Assembly (NCBI GenBank): GCA_003971905.1
Contig: RSEE01000058.1
Coordinates: 1 to 64,000, forward strand
Direction: 5' to 3'
DNA: 64,000 nt
Origin: Moniliella sp. 'wahieum'
Taxonomy: Eukaryota
Shown here: positions 27,004 to 42,719 of the stretch, piece by piece
Layout of the letters: every line of letters starts with the position of its first letter
How positions within the stretch are numbered: the first letter of the stretch is position 1
Made by a program: the position numbers and the translations under genes
Notes under the pieces: generated by a model
What the model was told of the DNA's origin: nothing
What the model saw: the letters and a program-made list of their open reading frames with translations, nothing else
The model's database searches: none

Positions 27004-28546
27004 ATGAGCGACCTGCCCCACGCCGTCCCCACGCTTGCCGTGTCTGGGTCCAGTTGGTCTCCTGCACGCCGCTCGCCACCCCGGCTGCCCGTCCCTGACA
27101 CCAACAGCGGCAGCGGTGCGCGTGGCGGTGGCGACTACGTGTGTAATGTCTGCGGCAAATCCTTTGCGCGTGAAGACCTGCTCCGGCGCCATCGCCTGCG
27201 CGAGCGACGCTCGGCCTTAATCCAGCGCCCGCCACGTCAACGCAGTTGCGCGAATGCTCCCGCGCCAAGAGCCGGTGCGACCTAGGGCAGCCCGCTTGTG
27301 GCCGATGCGTCAAAAGAAAGAAGGCTTGTGTACGTCTCCAGAGACAGGACTCCTCTCATGTCTTCTCCCTCATTCCTGCGCTTTGTTGGCAAGCAGTTGC
27401 TGACGTTGGATGGTGGATGGCCTTTAGATTTACGCGAACAACCCGCTGAGCGAAATACGCTCCCACGCACTCTCGACTGCGCATCCCCTGTCTCCCGGCT
27501 TGTTCTCCCAAGCTGTGTGTAGCCCCGGCGTTGCGACCGCGCGCGTCGCTGCCATCGCATTTGATACCACTGCCGCTTCGGCTTCTGCTTCGGCTGCAGC
27601 CGCCGCGTTTGGCAGAGGCGGGATGGGCGGTATGCAGTGGCGTACGAGTCCCAGTCCCGCCCCTCTGACTGGGCAGACATGGCCGCAACCGCCAGCAACG
27701 CCTACGCAGCCCCTCCTCCTCCGCCATCGCAGCCGTATGGCCAGCCGGACCCCTTCGACGCCGATTGCAATCCCTCCTACCCTTTCCTACGCTCCTGGTC
27801 CGAACCGAGCGATCTCCCGCCCGCTCTTCTCACCCCGCGCGGCCCCGAACCTCTGGCCCATCAGTCGCCTTTTCGTACTCCCCTCCCGTGGAGCTCACAA
27901 GCAGTACCACTCCGTCTTCCATCCTCCTCCCCCGCCCCAACACGGCGTCCTGCATCCTGACCCGCCTGCGCTACCCCACCTCCATTATCCTGGCGCTGGG
28001 AGGAAAGCATCCCAGAGGGAGTGCTTGCGCCCCTGTCGGCCTCGGTCTTGGCCCTCAGCCGTATCAGTCCCCTCCGGCCTCATTCCGCAGGCGGGTTCGT
28101 CCTTACTATTCGACCCCGCCGTACCCATCATGCCTGCTCAGCCTCATCCTGGCCAAGCCCCATCTCACTCTCCCAAAAACGTGCCTTGGGAGTGGAGAGA
28201 CTCGAGGCGGCGCCCTTTCAAGCAAGCTCTGTTACTGACTTGGGCTGATGGAGCCGGTGGGCATCATCGGGGGATCTCTTCTGGCCCCTCCACTTCATTC
28301 CGCGCTCTCCACACCCTGTCATCTCAACCTCACCATCTTGTCTCCTCCTCTTCCTCCTCGGCTCCTCTTCCACGCTCCATCCCCATCCCGACCCCTCACT
28401 GGCCCTCCTTGGCCACTCCTTCCCTCCGCCATTATCCCAAACCGCGGCCTGGCACCCTGAATCAGGCGGTCCAACGTATCAGGGTACCTCCTCCACATAC
28501 GCCCCAGCCTCGCAACCGCCACAGGATCTGCCTTCGTCCTACTTGA
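27004..28546 (+). CDS. Transcription factor with a C2H2 finger plus a Zn(II)2Cys6 cluster; intron 27330-27427; 3' end not resolvable
   Basis: YVCNVCGKSFAREDLLRRH, then across a frameshift C..CSRAKSRCDLGQPACGRCVKRKKAC. A canonical intron and a Pro/Ser-rich region follow. Confidence 0.8.
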
Positions 28547-31500
28547 CTGGGCTTCCGGGACAACAGAACCCAGCGACGCTGTCGGATCGGCAGCAGCAGG
28601 CCCTCCTTTCCTCACGCCACTAGGGGGATCCAATGGGCTTCCCCCTCGATTCCCTCCCGCTCAGAATGGGCGGACGCTTCAGGACCAGGAGAGGGGCAGG
28701 CTCATCCCCAGGGTCCATCGCCTACACGCAACAACCAGACCGCAGGCGCTCCTCTTGCTTTTGACCCAGCCCCGCCTCCGATCAATGGCATGCTCATTGA
28801 GAGTCTTTCTCTTGTTCTGAAGAGGTGGGCATGATGGCTTGTGATGACTTGGTGGAGTTTGTTATGCATGCTAATCTTGGAGTTGGGCTTAGCGAGCGTT
28901 CGTTGGCTGGGCTCTTGGCTTGAAAAGGAGATGGCTTGGCCGGGAGAGGCTGGTGGGATTCTCATATTAAGGCAAACGCACCAAACAAATGAAGTTCTCG
29001 GACTCTCGTCTTTCGCCCGATCGGTCAAACACCACGAGCGGAAAAGCTACCGCCGAATCGATGGGCTAACGAGTTAAGACTGGAATGGTGCAAAGTCTGA
29101 GCATCAATATGCTGCTGCTGCTGCGAGTGTTGGGTACTTTAAGGCTTCTGACGTGAGACGTCTCGCGTCCAGCCGCGCTGCGCGAGAAACCTCAGTCCCC
29201 TACCCCCCTGCGGCTCACAACTCTCAGTTACCCCGCCCCCTTCCTTCCCCCGTCAACATTGCAGACCATGCTGTACCTCAAGAGCCTTCCTCAATTACTG
29301 CCACCCAACTTCGTTGCTCCGTTGGACTTAGTCGTTCTTTGGTCCTATACTATGACTACAACACGCTTGATTCCCTTCGGAACATGCAACAGGAAGTGCA
29401 TCCACTTTAGACGTCTTTACTTTTGCTCTCTCCCTTCTGCCTTTGAATGTGGGGCAAAGATTCACATGGACCATCTCCGTGCACTTCCTCTTTCTTGCTA
29501 TCCAGGAGCGTCCGTAGGGGTGAAACGCCAGGAGCAATCCCGCCTACTGCATAACGCGCTCGTTTTTTTGAACAACTTCATTTCCCTCTACTCTGCCTCC
29601 CGCAGACATTCATTCACCTTTTACGCCTTATCTTCTCCACGTCGCTCTTTCCCACACCTAGACCACTGTTACAAGCTGCGTTGGATGTGAGATGGTCTGG
29701 TCCAATCTAAGGCACGCCTGCTCTGCAGGGCACATGCCAAGTAGAGTGCGCTCCCAAGTCCACCCGTGCTGATGATGGTTGGTCATACCATGTGCGGTTG
29801 CCCGAATGGCCACATACCCGCACGACAAGTGTCGCGCCCCGCTCAAATGAAAGACGGTTGGCCTAAATGAGACCACCAAGTTTCCCGTAACTTTGCGATG
29901 ACGGTCGACCCGTCACCACTTGCCCTAATCTTTCTCTGTTGCTGCACCTCCGGCAATCAACCTTTCTTTCGGCATTTTTTCCTTTACTCACCCCTATCAC
30001 GTCCGTTTTCCCTTTTCGATCTAGCCTACATCCCTAGTTGGTGGGGATCCTTGCCCCACCTTCCATTCTCGTCCCTTCCCTCCTGTCCTGTGCCCAAGTC
30101 CTGCCCGGTTCCAGCCATTTAATTCAGTACAGGCAACTTCGTCTCCACTTAGCTGCCTCTCCGTTTTCCAACCTCATCCTCCACAGCTTTCCATATCCGC
30201 CCAGTCGCGCGAGCCTTCCTTCAACCGCATCGATTCCCCGTACCAACTTATGGCGTGGGTTCTTTTCCAGCCACGTCGACAGCAACCCCTGTTCAGTCCC
30301 AGCTCCGGCAGTGTTTGTCCTCCACTGCCTCAACCCGTCCTGAAGGCCCGGAGGCTTCAGTAACGTTACTACGGCCCACGCCGGTGGGTACGCACCCTTG
30401 GCCCACGTGCAGTCGCCTTGCCTTCACGCCCAATAAAGGCCTCTCCTGATCCACCAACTACTAATGCCAATAAGACCCAAACTACCGTGAATTTTCCTTC
30501 CGGCTCCTATATGGGATTGTGCCCCACATACTTGGTTGAGCCCCTGGTGGGCCCGCCCGTGACAACCACACGTATCCCATACCGTGGGTCCAACTCCGAC
30601 AGAATGGGTCTCCTGCCACATCAGTAGTCGCGCGAGTGCACTGGCACCCTGACACCCAGTCCTGTATTGTAACTATGATCACAGTGGGGTGGGTGTATGC
30701 ACACCGCTGGCTGTCAGGAGACGGAGATGGGGGAAAGGGAGCAGATGGATTGCATACATCTATGGACGCAGAGGAGGTATATGACCTCCTCAGTAAGGGG
30801 CACAGTCTAGAGAGGTGAACACAGGATCTCCCAACTGATAGTAGGAATCACGTCATAGTGCCCATACGGGTCTAGTGGGCCAAGGGCCCCCTAGCACGGC
30901 GTGAGTCTGACACTGGCCTCTGGCAAAGTTCCTTCTTCTAACAGTGCTGGGGCTCAAAGGGCGCGTTGGGAAAGTTGTCATGTTCCTCCATCTACCGAAG
31001 ACTGCTCGAGATGATCAACAAACTAATGATGGATTCCTCCGCCTTCTGTCGACGGCCTACTTATACGCTCTCACTGTTTACACGATACATTCGACACCAC
31101 ACAATCTTATTATTAGACAGCGGGGATCGATGTTGGATTACCGTAGAATAATCGGGTCGAAGAGTCTTATTGGAAAGACGGTTCATCGCTCGCATGTTGA
31201 CCCAACTGTTTCGTATTGACTCTAAATGGAGGGGGCAGAGAGTGTCGACCTGCTGCTATATTGATGGCTTCCCACCCGGGAGGGGCACGAGCGAGATATA
31301 GGAACAAATCCCGATAAGATAGCATGTGGTATAGGCGCAGCGTTGCTTGTCCCTGTCTTACGCTTTTGGGGCGCGTGATACGGAAGCGACGACATATAGG
31401 ATTCAAAGGTATTAACATACAACGTGAATTTTTCGCCGAGCAAGGAAGAGAGGAATGTGCCTCTTGGTTGAGTGAAGGGTGATGATAATGGAGATGAAAG

Positions 31501-33075
31501 CAGAGCACAATGTCCATTTGGAACAAAACTGTCTCCGGTATATTCCTTCCCTCGTTGCCTTTCTTCATCCAGCAAATCAAGAGAACGGAGCATTGGAACA
31601 GAAACTTCCATCTTCCAGCTTATCATTCCCCCGACGGTTACCTCACTTACACTGTTTTTGTTCGAGCAAGACTGCTCCTCTCCCGGCTAACTGCTGCCAT
31701 GCCCCCCCCCCTCTCTGCAGTATCATCTGTGTATCCCTCACTCTCTTTGAAGCGAGAGCAAAGCATCTCGCAAGGGAGGAATACCGGGGCAAATTGAAAA
31801 CGCACCCAAGTTGGCGAAGAGGGGTACTAGGTCCCGGCAGGTGTGAAATCTGTCATTTTGCGTCTCCTCTTCGCCCCCTCTTCATGATGCCTAGATCGAC
31901 CACCATAATAACCGACGCAGCTGGTGGACGGACGCGGGCCACGATGTGAGATTCTCCTTTCCATTCCAAATCCCCCTCCCCTCCCCTTTCTCCTGCCCGC
32001 TTCCCTTTCTTCTTATCGTCGTCTGCGCATATTGGAAATGGATCTGGAAATTCTATACCTTTTTGCCTTCTTTTGGCGCTTGTACAATCCCTTCTCCTCT
32101 CTGTCCCGGCATATAGTCCGTGTACTAAATACTGTTCACAGAGTGTGGTGACAGACCCACAAGGATGCCTTTAATCCCTGCTGTATGTCCGACGTGGAAG
32201 ACTTGCATTGTTACCGATATTCACAACAGCAAATGCTGTTAGCCAGCACCTCTGTCTGTTCTTTGGAGCGGCAACAGAAGAGGTGTAGAGAACCACGGAT
32301 GTAAGGAATGGGAAATGCCGCAAAAGCGAGACGTACTTGTCGTCGGAAATGCATTTCTCCCCTCGTTGGCATGTATTGCAGCAATAATTAAAGACGCCCA
32401 TATAGGTGCCACGGAGAGCAACACAAGACCCCCAAGGTCCAACCCAACCCCAATAAGGGCCTATGTTGATACTGTGACTGACTTGCCCAGTTGCGGCGCA
32501 CTTCCCGAACCACTGAGCTCCGATGCTCTGGACCCCGAAGGTTGATGTGGCGTGCGTGTGGCGACGTCGTACTATATACAAGCCAATACAGCCATCAGTG
32601 AGTGCATGAGCAGCCTCATTCACCGGCAGTATACTCTTCGTACACCCAACCACCACCAGCACCCACATCTCTCGCAAGCCAGTGGTGGCCTACGCTGCTA
32701 TCCTAATAAACCTCAGCCGCCATTGCAGTCTCTGTGGTCCGATGAATGAGGAGGGACGTCGCTGCACCTATAAATAGTAGGCTCTTGGTCATGGAACGCC
32801 GCGTGCTGGATGTGGACGCCTCAATATCCTCAATGGAGGGAGAAGACATCTGTTAAACGTTCAAGCTGAACTGAAATTGAGAGCTACCATGGTGCCCGAT
32901 GACCGATGATGGGACAGGCGATCGGTGACCCCCGCAATTTCTTTGCACCGATCTCTTGCCTCCTCTCTGATCCTGGTCCTGTTTTTTTGGTGGCACACCG
33001 ACAAGCCAACCACGACCCGGCCGTTTGGAGCGAGCCCAGCCCCGGCCAAGGTTCAACGGGGGTGTCCAAGCCGCG

Positions 33076-34049
33076 ATGTCCAGCTCCAGCTCCAGCTCAA
33101 GCACGCATGCCAGCCCCGCACCGCGCACCGCGTCCGCGTCGTTGGTCAAGCGGCTGGAGCGGGATACGAAGCGCAACTGGGACGTGTTCTACAAGCAGAA
33201 CGAGACGCGTTTCTACAAGGACCGGCACTGGCAAGACCACGAGTTTGGAGCGTGGAGTGCGTCTGCTGCTGTGGCTGAGGACGAGGCGACCTCGGCGGCG
33301 GGGACGAGTTTGGTGCGCTGCCCGCCAATGCTTCCCTGGTTCATCCGGTCCTGTTGGAGCTTGGGGCGGGGTGGGCAACGCCCTGTTCCCGCTCCTCAGC
33401 CGCTACCCTACGCTTACTGCCCACTGCTGCGACTTTTCCCCGCGAGCGATCGCGTTTGTGCAGCAGCACGCGCAGTACGACCCGCACCGAGTGCACGCGT
33501 TCGTATGGGACTTGACCGCTGGTCCGCCCCACTCGTTGGCCGAGCAAGTGCGCAGCGACCTGCGTGCGGCTCCGGGTCGGACGAGCTGCCGGTCATCGGC
33601 ACGCCCACTGTAATCAACATGATTTTCGTCTTGTCGGCCATCCCGCCCACGGAGCAGGCAGCGGTCCTGAAGCGGATTGTGACCTGCTTGACCCGGCGGT
33701 AGGTGGCGTGGTGCGGTTCAGGGACTATGCCGAGGGCGACTGGCGCAGACGCGGTACGACAGCAAGGACGCCAAGAGTCCAACCTACTATGAGCCTGCCC
33801 GGCTCGACCCGAGTCTGCCGTACTACCGCCGTGGTGCCGATGGCACGCTTGCCTACTTTTTCCGCCCGGACCACCTGGCCGCCTTGGCCGCCGCAGCCGG
33901 GCTCCAAGGCCCCCCTCCAACGATCCAGGAACGCACCGTCGTCAATCGCAAACAGCAATCTACCATGCACCGCCGTTTTATTCAGGCCCAATGGACCTTC
34001 CCTCCGCAACCCCCAAGCAGCAGCTGATCCTCCGTCCCGGCTCCACTAG
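33076..34049 (+). CDS. tRNA m3C methyltransferase (METTL6/Trm140-Trm141 family), frameshifted
   Basis: RNWDVFYKQNETRFYKDRHW, GVGNALFPLL, CCDFSPRAI, MIFVLSAIPP, FRDYAEGD and VNRKQ..MHRRFIQAQW. Confidence 0.85.
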
Positions 34050-34286
34050 CTTACAGCGCATCGCCTATTAAAAGCATCATCAACTTGCTCATCGCAGTCT
34101 CTCCCGGTGAACCCACGGCGGATTCATACAACGCAAGAAACTGTACGCAATAAGTCAAGGCCATGGAAGATGGTACGCCATCCTGCATTCGTGCGGCACA
34201 GAAGAGGGGATTCCATGTCGGATAAAAAGAAAAGAAAAAACACAGAAACCAGGGGGTTGGGGGGGTCGTGGAGAAGGCCCAGCAGC

Positions 34287-34381
34287 GGTACTGGTACTGG
34301 TGCTGGCACTGGTGCTGGCACTGGTACTGGTACTGGTACTGGTACTGATACTGGTACTGGTACCGGTACCGGCACTGGCAT
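34287..34381. repeat. (CTGGTA)n-type hexanucleotide microsatellite
   Basis: Directly visible, between convergent genes. Confidence 0.9.
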
Positions 34382-34592
34382 ACCGCCAGTACTCTACAGC
34401 AACACGCCGTGGGATGGGAAAGGATGGGATGCGTGCGGTGCGGTGCGATACGATGCGATGCGATACGATACGATGCGATGACCAACGTGACAAATATGAG
34501 ACGCTCGCGGCAATATAAAAACGGGATGAATGGAGAACAGAACCGAGGCCGGGTAGAGACAGAGGGGGGGAAAGATAGGGGCTACGAGGCGA

Positions 34593-37372
34593 GCTAGCCC
34601 GATCCAGCTGACGGAGAGGCCGTCGCCCCAGTCGAAGACGAGATGAGTCCCACTGCTGTAGCGAGACGACGGTGGGCGGGGGACATGGACCAGTCCATGA
34701 TGGACCAAAACGGTATGGGCTAGCGCCTTGTACGCTGCTTGTTCTTCCTTGGACAAATTGGCGCGGCCAAGAGCTGGGCAACGAGTTGCGACCCATGCAT
34801 TGGTCCAACAGCACGTCTCGGTACTTCTCTGCGGTGAGTCGTCTTGGCTCGACTCCACCCCTTCCGCTTGGCTCTGTGGGATACCGTCGTCTGCAGCGGG
34901 GGGACAACAGAAAAGAGGCACCGGATCAAGTCCAGGCACTTCCGACTCAGCAGTTTGCATTCCCAATCGTAGCAGCACCGCTGAGCCCAACTTATGCGTT
35001 GCCAGATCCGCAACCGCCGGGCGGAGCCGGTCCCACACAAGACCAAACCTACGCCCAGAGCGGAACGTGTGGCTGGTATCGTCCAGCAGCCAATGGAGCA
35101 AAAGGGACCATTGGAGGAGCAAGCCAGGGGATGGCACAGAGCAAAATGGCCAAGGCAGCACGTCGGCGTTGTCGCACACTAACGCGCGGGTGTTCCAAGA
35201 CGGTGCGCATGGCGCGGCTCCAAACCGTCCTTGGGCAATCTCCCAAGTTTGTTCGAAAAAGGCATCAAAGACCGGGTCGGTATAAGGCGGACCGAATCGG
35301 AGCAAGCCCTGCACCACATAGTTCCCATACTGGTCCAAGAGTAACGGGGGGACATAGGGGTGCCAGTGCATCCACCGCATATGCAGCTCCTGTCGCGCGA
35401 GCGCCGAAAAGTCGGATGGAACTGGGAATGGAACACATTCCAACACCTTCTGCGCCACCCAGGTCCCATTCTTATGGCATCCAATCCGGGCCAGGTGAGG
35501 CGCCAACGCCGCCAACATGTCCAACTTGACCGGCTCCGATGCCCGCTCAAAAAGGCGTTGCACAATGACATTCCCACAGTAGTCCGATGCCAAGAGGGGC
35601 AGGTCGGTCAACAGGGTTTGAGCACACTGATCCACGTCCTCGTCCCCTAAGGATCGTTGCCAACCCGCTTCTCCCTTCGAGGCGAAACAGGGGCAGGACC
35701 CGGTTCTAAGCCTTTTCGCAGCTCTCGGAGATGAAGCTGATCAAGCGGCGAGTGCCCTTGATTGGAGGGGCGGGCAGGACGGGACTGAACCGGCGAGGCA
35801 GGTCGGGGGTCGTACGCCAGCTCCACGGGCAATCCTCAGAAAGGCTTAGTCCATCAACGGGACCGAGGCCTGCCAACAGAGCACGTTGCTCTTCCACGTC
35901 GGGATAGAGGAGCAAGTGAGGGGCAAAGCAATGCGCCCTTGTCGCTCGACGGCACAATGGAATTGGATGCCGATGCCAACCCATGGGCCATGTTACGCTC
36001 GCGTGCCGCGGCCGAGTAGGCATTCCCCGCCGGGATGGAGGAGAGGTGCAAGCTGCGTCGTTGCACGAATCGTGGCGCTTCTTCGCCCTCGTCCCCCCCG
36101 TTCCTCATGCCTATGGCAGCCGAGGACAAAGTCGCCCTGGCGTAGGCAACTTTAATCGGTTCCCTGGCCCAGGCTCGTCCTGTAAATCGGGCGAGTCGAG
36201 TCCCAGACCAAGCCGACGACCTTGTCCCAAAATTCCCACGTGGTTCCTTCCATCTGTTCACGTGCCACCGTCGCGTCCTGGAGAGAGACGTAGTTGACAA
36301 ACGCACAGTGTTTGAGGCTCAGGACTCGGTACCTTCCAGAGGACCCCAACGACGGAAAAGAGAATGCAGCGTGCGTTGGTTAGCTGCTTGGGCAAGCTGC
36401 CAATCCACAGGGCCCGATCGGTGGCGGGTCCCGGGGACGGATATCACTTCGGCTGGCGTGCGTCGGTCCATGCCTGCCGGTTCCTCCCTCCAACGAGGGA
36501 GGAGCTTGTGCCCACTGTGCGATTGGTGGGGAAGTATGCCGTGGTATGGGCCACAGCCCTTGGGTTAGTCCGGGTGCTGTATGGACAAGAGGAGAACGTC
36601 CCACGCCCCTCAGGTTCATAGGAAAGTACATGCCATTATGCGGTGGCTGGTGCAGATGCGGATGGAGGTGCGGATGGGGTTGGTGAGAAGGGGCGTGGGT
36701 GCGTGTGCGACGCGTATGGCACCGCAGGTGCTGGTGCGGTTGGTTCCAGTAGGTATTGGTTCCAGAAGACAGATAGGGACTGTCAGCAGGGGCAAGAAAG
36801 CAACACGTGTGCCAAACTGGTCAAGCCACTTCGGTTTCCTCTGAACTGCGGGACAGTATGGTTCCCTGAGGGACAGAGTAGGGTGACAGGGCGGGGGAAC
36901 CGAAGGTCGGAGCTGGGATAAGACAACGGCTTGGAAGACGCAGAAGAAGAAGGCCAAGCGGTTCAAATTCATGGGCGTGGTATTGGACGGCGCGACTAGA
37001 CCTGAACCGACGTCCGTGTCCGATGCGAGTCTGAGGCGAGAGGCAGAGTGCTTCCACCTGGACTGGCGGGCGAGTCGGGCTCAGCGGCACCTGCAGGCCC
37101 GCGTAGGCGGGTGTGGCAAGGGGCGAATAGCGAGACCGGAATGCGCCCACTGTGCCCGACCGAGAACGGAGGTACTGCTCGGCGGCCAAGCTGGCCGAAG
37201 GCGAGGCGGTGGTGGTGGGATACGACGGGCGATCCCTGCCAGACTCGACCAAGCTGTACCGTCGCCCATCCAAACGCACAACAGTCTCTACGGCAGGCGT
37301 GTCTTGTGGAGGCGGCGGCTGTTGTTCCAGTGGTGTACCTGCAGGAGGCCACGCGAACGGGGCATCCGCCAT
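34593..37372 (-). CDS. Pumilio-repeat + RRM mRNA-binding protein (Jsn1/Puf2 subfamily), frameshifted; ends approximate
   Basis: RRM VLSLKHCAFVNYVSLQDA. PUF repeats LASDYCGNVIVQRLFE, IGCHKNGTWVAQK, LLLDQYGNYVVQGLLRFG, EIAQGRFGA and LATHKLGS. Confidence 0.85.
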
Positions 37373-39330
37373 GGGGCCGTGCGGGGGGGAGGCGGTGCCA
37401 GCAGCGTGTGCTGAAGGCGAGGTGGGGCCACGTGGGTCGGTGAGAGGTCCGCAGGGGGAGGGGCAAGCATGGTAGCAGCACGGCGGCGCGAGCCTGCACG
37501 GCCAGCGCTTCGTCGTCGCCGGCGTCATCGGCGGCGGCCAGCTGGCCAAGGCGGGCGGCGAGCAGGCGGGCGGCGGCGGCGGAGGCAGAGGGGCCGGTGC
37601 GGGCACGGTGGATGCCGGTCGCGGACGCGGGACGAGGGGGGCGGTTGCATGCCGAGCGGGTGGCGGGCGAAGAAGGGCGGCGGCGGATGGGCGACGGGCG
37701 GCCCAAGCGCAGCTGGGCGTGTGCGTCGGGGACGGGGCAGTGAATGGGCAGCGGCTTGTGCAAGCGATGGAGAGCGAACTCCGTGGGGCCCTATCCTCTC
37801 AGACGTGTTTTAGAGAGCGCACAATATTGTGGTGCCTGTTATTTACGCGCCGCTCACGCGCTCAGCTGTGGCTGTTGGAGACGGTGCGGCCAAGCCACTG
37901 GGCGTGCACCACAGCTAGCCCACATATGCCACCTGTGTCCCACGCAGCGGTTAGGATGCAGCCCTCCTCCAGCTTGTCTGCCTCATCCTTCCCACCCAGC
38001 CCGTCCGCTCGCTCGCAGCATCGAAGCACATCGAAGGACTGTCGTGAGAGGCTAGTCGCTGATGGCGGCGGCGGGGCTCCATCCGTCGCTTGCACGCGGG
38101 TCCCGACGACAGTGCACGAACAGTGTGTGATGTCATGCCCATGCATCACACATCACACATCAGGCATCCTCGCTTGTGGCAATGTGACAGTGATGTGACA
38201 CGTGACATGTGGCAGCGACCCTTGTACCAAGCCGTACCTAGGAAAGCTATTCTTCTTGCTTTCAGAGCGCCATCGAGCCGGCGAGTCTGCTGGTCCCACG
38301 CCGCCATCCTGACATCGACACAGAAGAGCTTAACCGAGATCGAGGTGCCAGCTTCCACTACGACCGCGTGATTACAACTGGTCAAGAGGCTGGTCAAGAG
38401 CTGGTCACAAGAAGCTAGTCAAGAAACTGCTGCAAACGCTTCTTCAAGCTTCCAAAGTGCTTTCAGGGAGAAAAGAATCTCGTGGAATATCTCCTGCGAT
38501 AAACGCCTCTTTCGACCCTCCCTGAGGCCTGAGGACTTAGGCGTAGTCGTTATCGATTCTCGATGCTCGATTCTCGCATCTGCCTACTGTCCTCGGCAAC
38601 CTGCTGGGATCTCAGTCTGAGATCTGAGACGCCGCACCTTCTAGTGTGGCAGTCAGATCTCAGAACGAGTGGCAACAACAATTGGCAGCGTCTCAGATTC
38701 CACCAATCAAAGACGAAGTAAACTTTAGAACAAGCAACTAGTAAGTAGTAACTTTAGAATTTTACCGGAAGCGCGGGCCTTGCACCGTTCAAGCTCGGGC
38801 TAGGGCGCCCGCTCCGTCTCGGCCGCTCGCCGACGTTCAAGCTACCCATATCAAGACCAGTATACCCAGCACTTGTACCCAGGACGAGGCGGTCCCGTTC
38901 CGCCTCTTGTTCCGCTCTTTCCTGTTGCGCCTCCGGCTGCCTTCCCCTGATTGCATCCACACCACCTCTTCCCTGCCTTGCTTGCCTGCCGCTACCACAA
39001 CACTCGTCAGTGTTTTCTCAGTACTCCAACTCAACACTCAGATTTGAGTCAGCTCAGGTACTCAGCCTGTAAGCACCTGCCTTATGGAGACCAGCTTCAC
39101 GAATCAAGATCATCATCAAGGAGGATCCGGTAGGTACCCGCCCTTGCGCCCCTGGCAAAGGGGAAACCAAAGCGAACACCACAATGTTGCTCCTGCCCCT
39201 CAGCCTATAGGACAAACGATTGACACATGGTGCATAGCCCAAAGTTCCCAGCGAATTCCATTGGTCCGGTAGACACGCGCAAAGAAAACATGTGGAATGG
39301 AATTGCGGCCCCAGGGGCAAAGCCAAGGCT

Positions 39331-40789
<1,459 letters not shown>

Positions 40790-41344
40790 TCAGCGCATCC
40801 GCAGGCATAGCCTATGCGCTAAGCGCATAAGCCCACTCGTGCCAGGGCGAGCGCAGGGGGCACTGCAGGGGGGCAGTGCTACGTGGCCCCCGCTGCGTAT
40901 GACGTGGATGGCGCGCTGACGTAAGGAGCCTACCTGCCTGCGCCGTCTGGCCAGCCCACTCATATACTGACGACTAGTCACTGCCAGCCCCTGGCCAGCC
41001 CCGTATCGACACGGACGGGGATCACCGATTAGACCCATCCCATCCCGCATCACCCATTGCACCAGCCGTTGCAGCCAGGCAAGCTCTCTGAACGTTTCAG
41101 CGCACACGCACGAACCGAGCGAGCGCGGGTTGGTCTGGCACGGCGCGGAATCCGCTTACCTAATCCCAACGACTTCTTCCGACTTCGACCCATTTCCCCT
41201 CCTTTCCCCCGTCTGGACGTGGTGCGGAGAGCCAGAGCGCAGCGGGCTTTAAGCACGCCTGCGGGCCCGTGCTGCGCCCTCTCCCCACCACACACGCCTC
41301 CTTCCCGCACCCCCGCCCTCCTCCCAGCAGTCCACCGCCCCACC

Positions 41345-42572
41345 CTGCCCGAGCCGGCGCCGGCAACCCGATTGTCTTCCTCGATGTCACGCTCGACGGC
41401 AGCAAGGAGCCGAAGCGCATCGTGCTCGAGCTCTTCAAGGACAAGACGCCCAAGACGGCCGAGAACTTCGTGCACTAACGACGGGCGAAAGGGCAATGCG
41501 ACCACCGGCCAACCGCTGTGCTTCAAGAGTTCTACCTTCCACCGTGTCATCCCCAAGTTCATGATCCAAGGTGGCGACTTTACTCGCGGAAACGGCACGG
41601 GCGGCGAGTCGATTTACGGTGCCAAGTTTGAGGATGAGAATCTCGAAGGGAAGCACGACCAGCCGTTTTGCTTTCGATGGCCAATGCCGGACCCAACACC
41701 AACGGCAGCCAGTCTTTCATCACCACGGCCACGGCCAGCCATCTGAACGGCAAGCATGTTGTCTTGGTCGTGTCTGTCAGGCAAGAATGTGGTTCGGCAG
41801 ATTGAGCACACCCGACTGGCGCCAACGACACCGCCCGTGCAGCCCGTGACGATTGTGGACTCTGGAGAGCTGTCGCTGCGACGTGGAAGGAAGAGACCAA
41901 GCAAGATGTGCTGGACAAGTTCCCTGACTACCCGGAAGACTATGGCAGTGAGCTCTTGGAAGAAGACGTATGTATCGCATCTACTACGACCCTCTGGGAA
42001 TGTTGTGCTGACCCTGTAGGATAGCCCCACAAGGCCTTGGATGCTGCTGAAGAAGAAATCAAGGCGCACGGTACGACCTTCTTCAAGGCTGGCGATTACC
42101 CAAGGCCCTAGCGCAATGGCAAAAGGCTGTGCGCTACGTGCTAGTGCACCCTGTCACACCGAAAGCCATCCGAGGCTGAGGCGATTGAAAAACGGAGGAA
42201 CGACATGTTTACCTCGCTGCAGCTCAACATTGCCCTTGCTGCCCTCAAGGTGACACCTACTTCGAGTGCGATGCAGAACGTGGCTATCAAGGAGGCCAAC
42301 TCGATCCTGGCCCGGACCGAGCGGTGTCGCTGCTCGATGCGCCCCAAGACAAGCTTCCTGAGACTAAGGGATCGATTGCCAAAGCATTTTACCGCCGTGC
42401 GATGGCCTACAGCGCGGGCAAGCGTTACGAAGAGATGCATGAAGGACTTGGACTCTGCCCTGCACTTTGCCCCCACGGACCAGGGGATCAAGAATGAGCG
42501 AAGGGCGGTGGCTAGCAAGAGGACCAGCGCCGCAAGGCCGAGCGCGCAGCATACAGCAAAATGTTCAAGTAA
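41345..42572 (+). CDS. CPR6: Cyclophilin-40 / peptidyl-prolyl isomerase D with TPR domain; intron ~41968-42019; start uncertain
   Basis: [69 protein letters not shown]-like C-terminal half ends AYSKMFK*. Confidence 0.9.
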
Positions 42573-42719
42573 CCTGCTACACCATCTTTGGGTGGGAACC
42601 TCATCGGTCTGTCTGTACCCCCTTGCAGTGCATATACAAGCCATGGGGTCTATGTTCCTTCCATAGTTGACTCCCTGGCAACTTCAAAAACCGGACCGCT
42701 AGATTAATTTTTGAGCGCG

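Noticed and set aside
30944..31219. Sulfotransferase suggested by FLHLPKTA
   Set aside because: A single short motif in a short non-ATG ORF with no further family features; probably chance.
41341..41365. Non-AUG (CTG) start of CPR6 at CACCCTG
   Set aside because: It is out of frame with the domain and one substitution from CACCATG; it cannot be distinguished from sequencing error.
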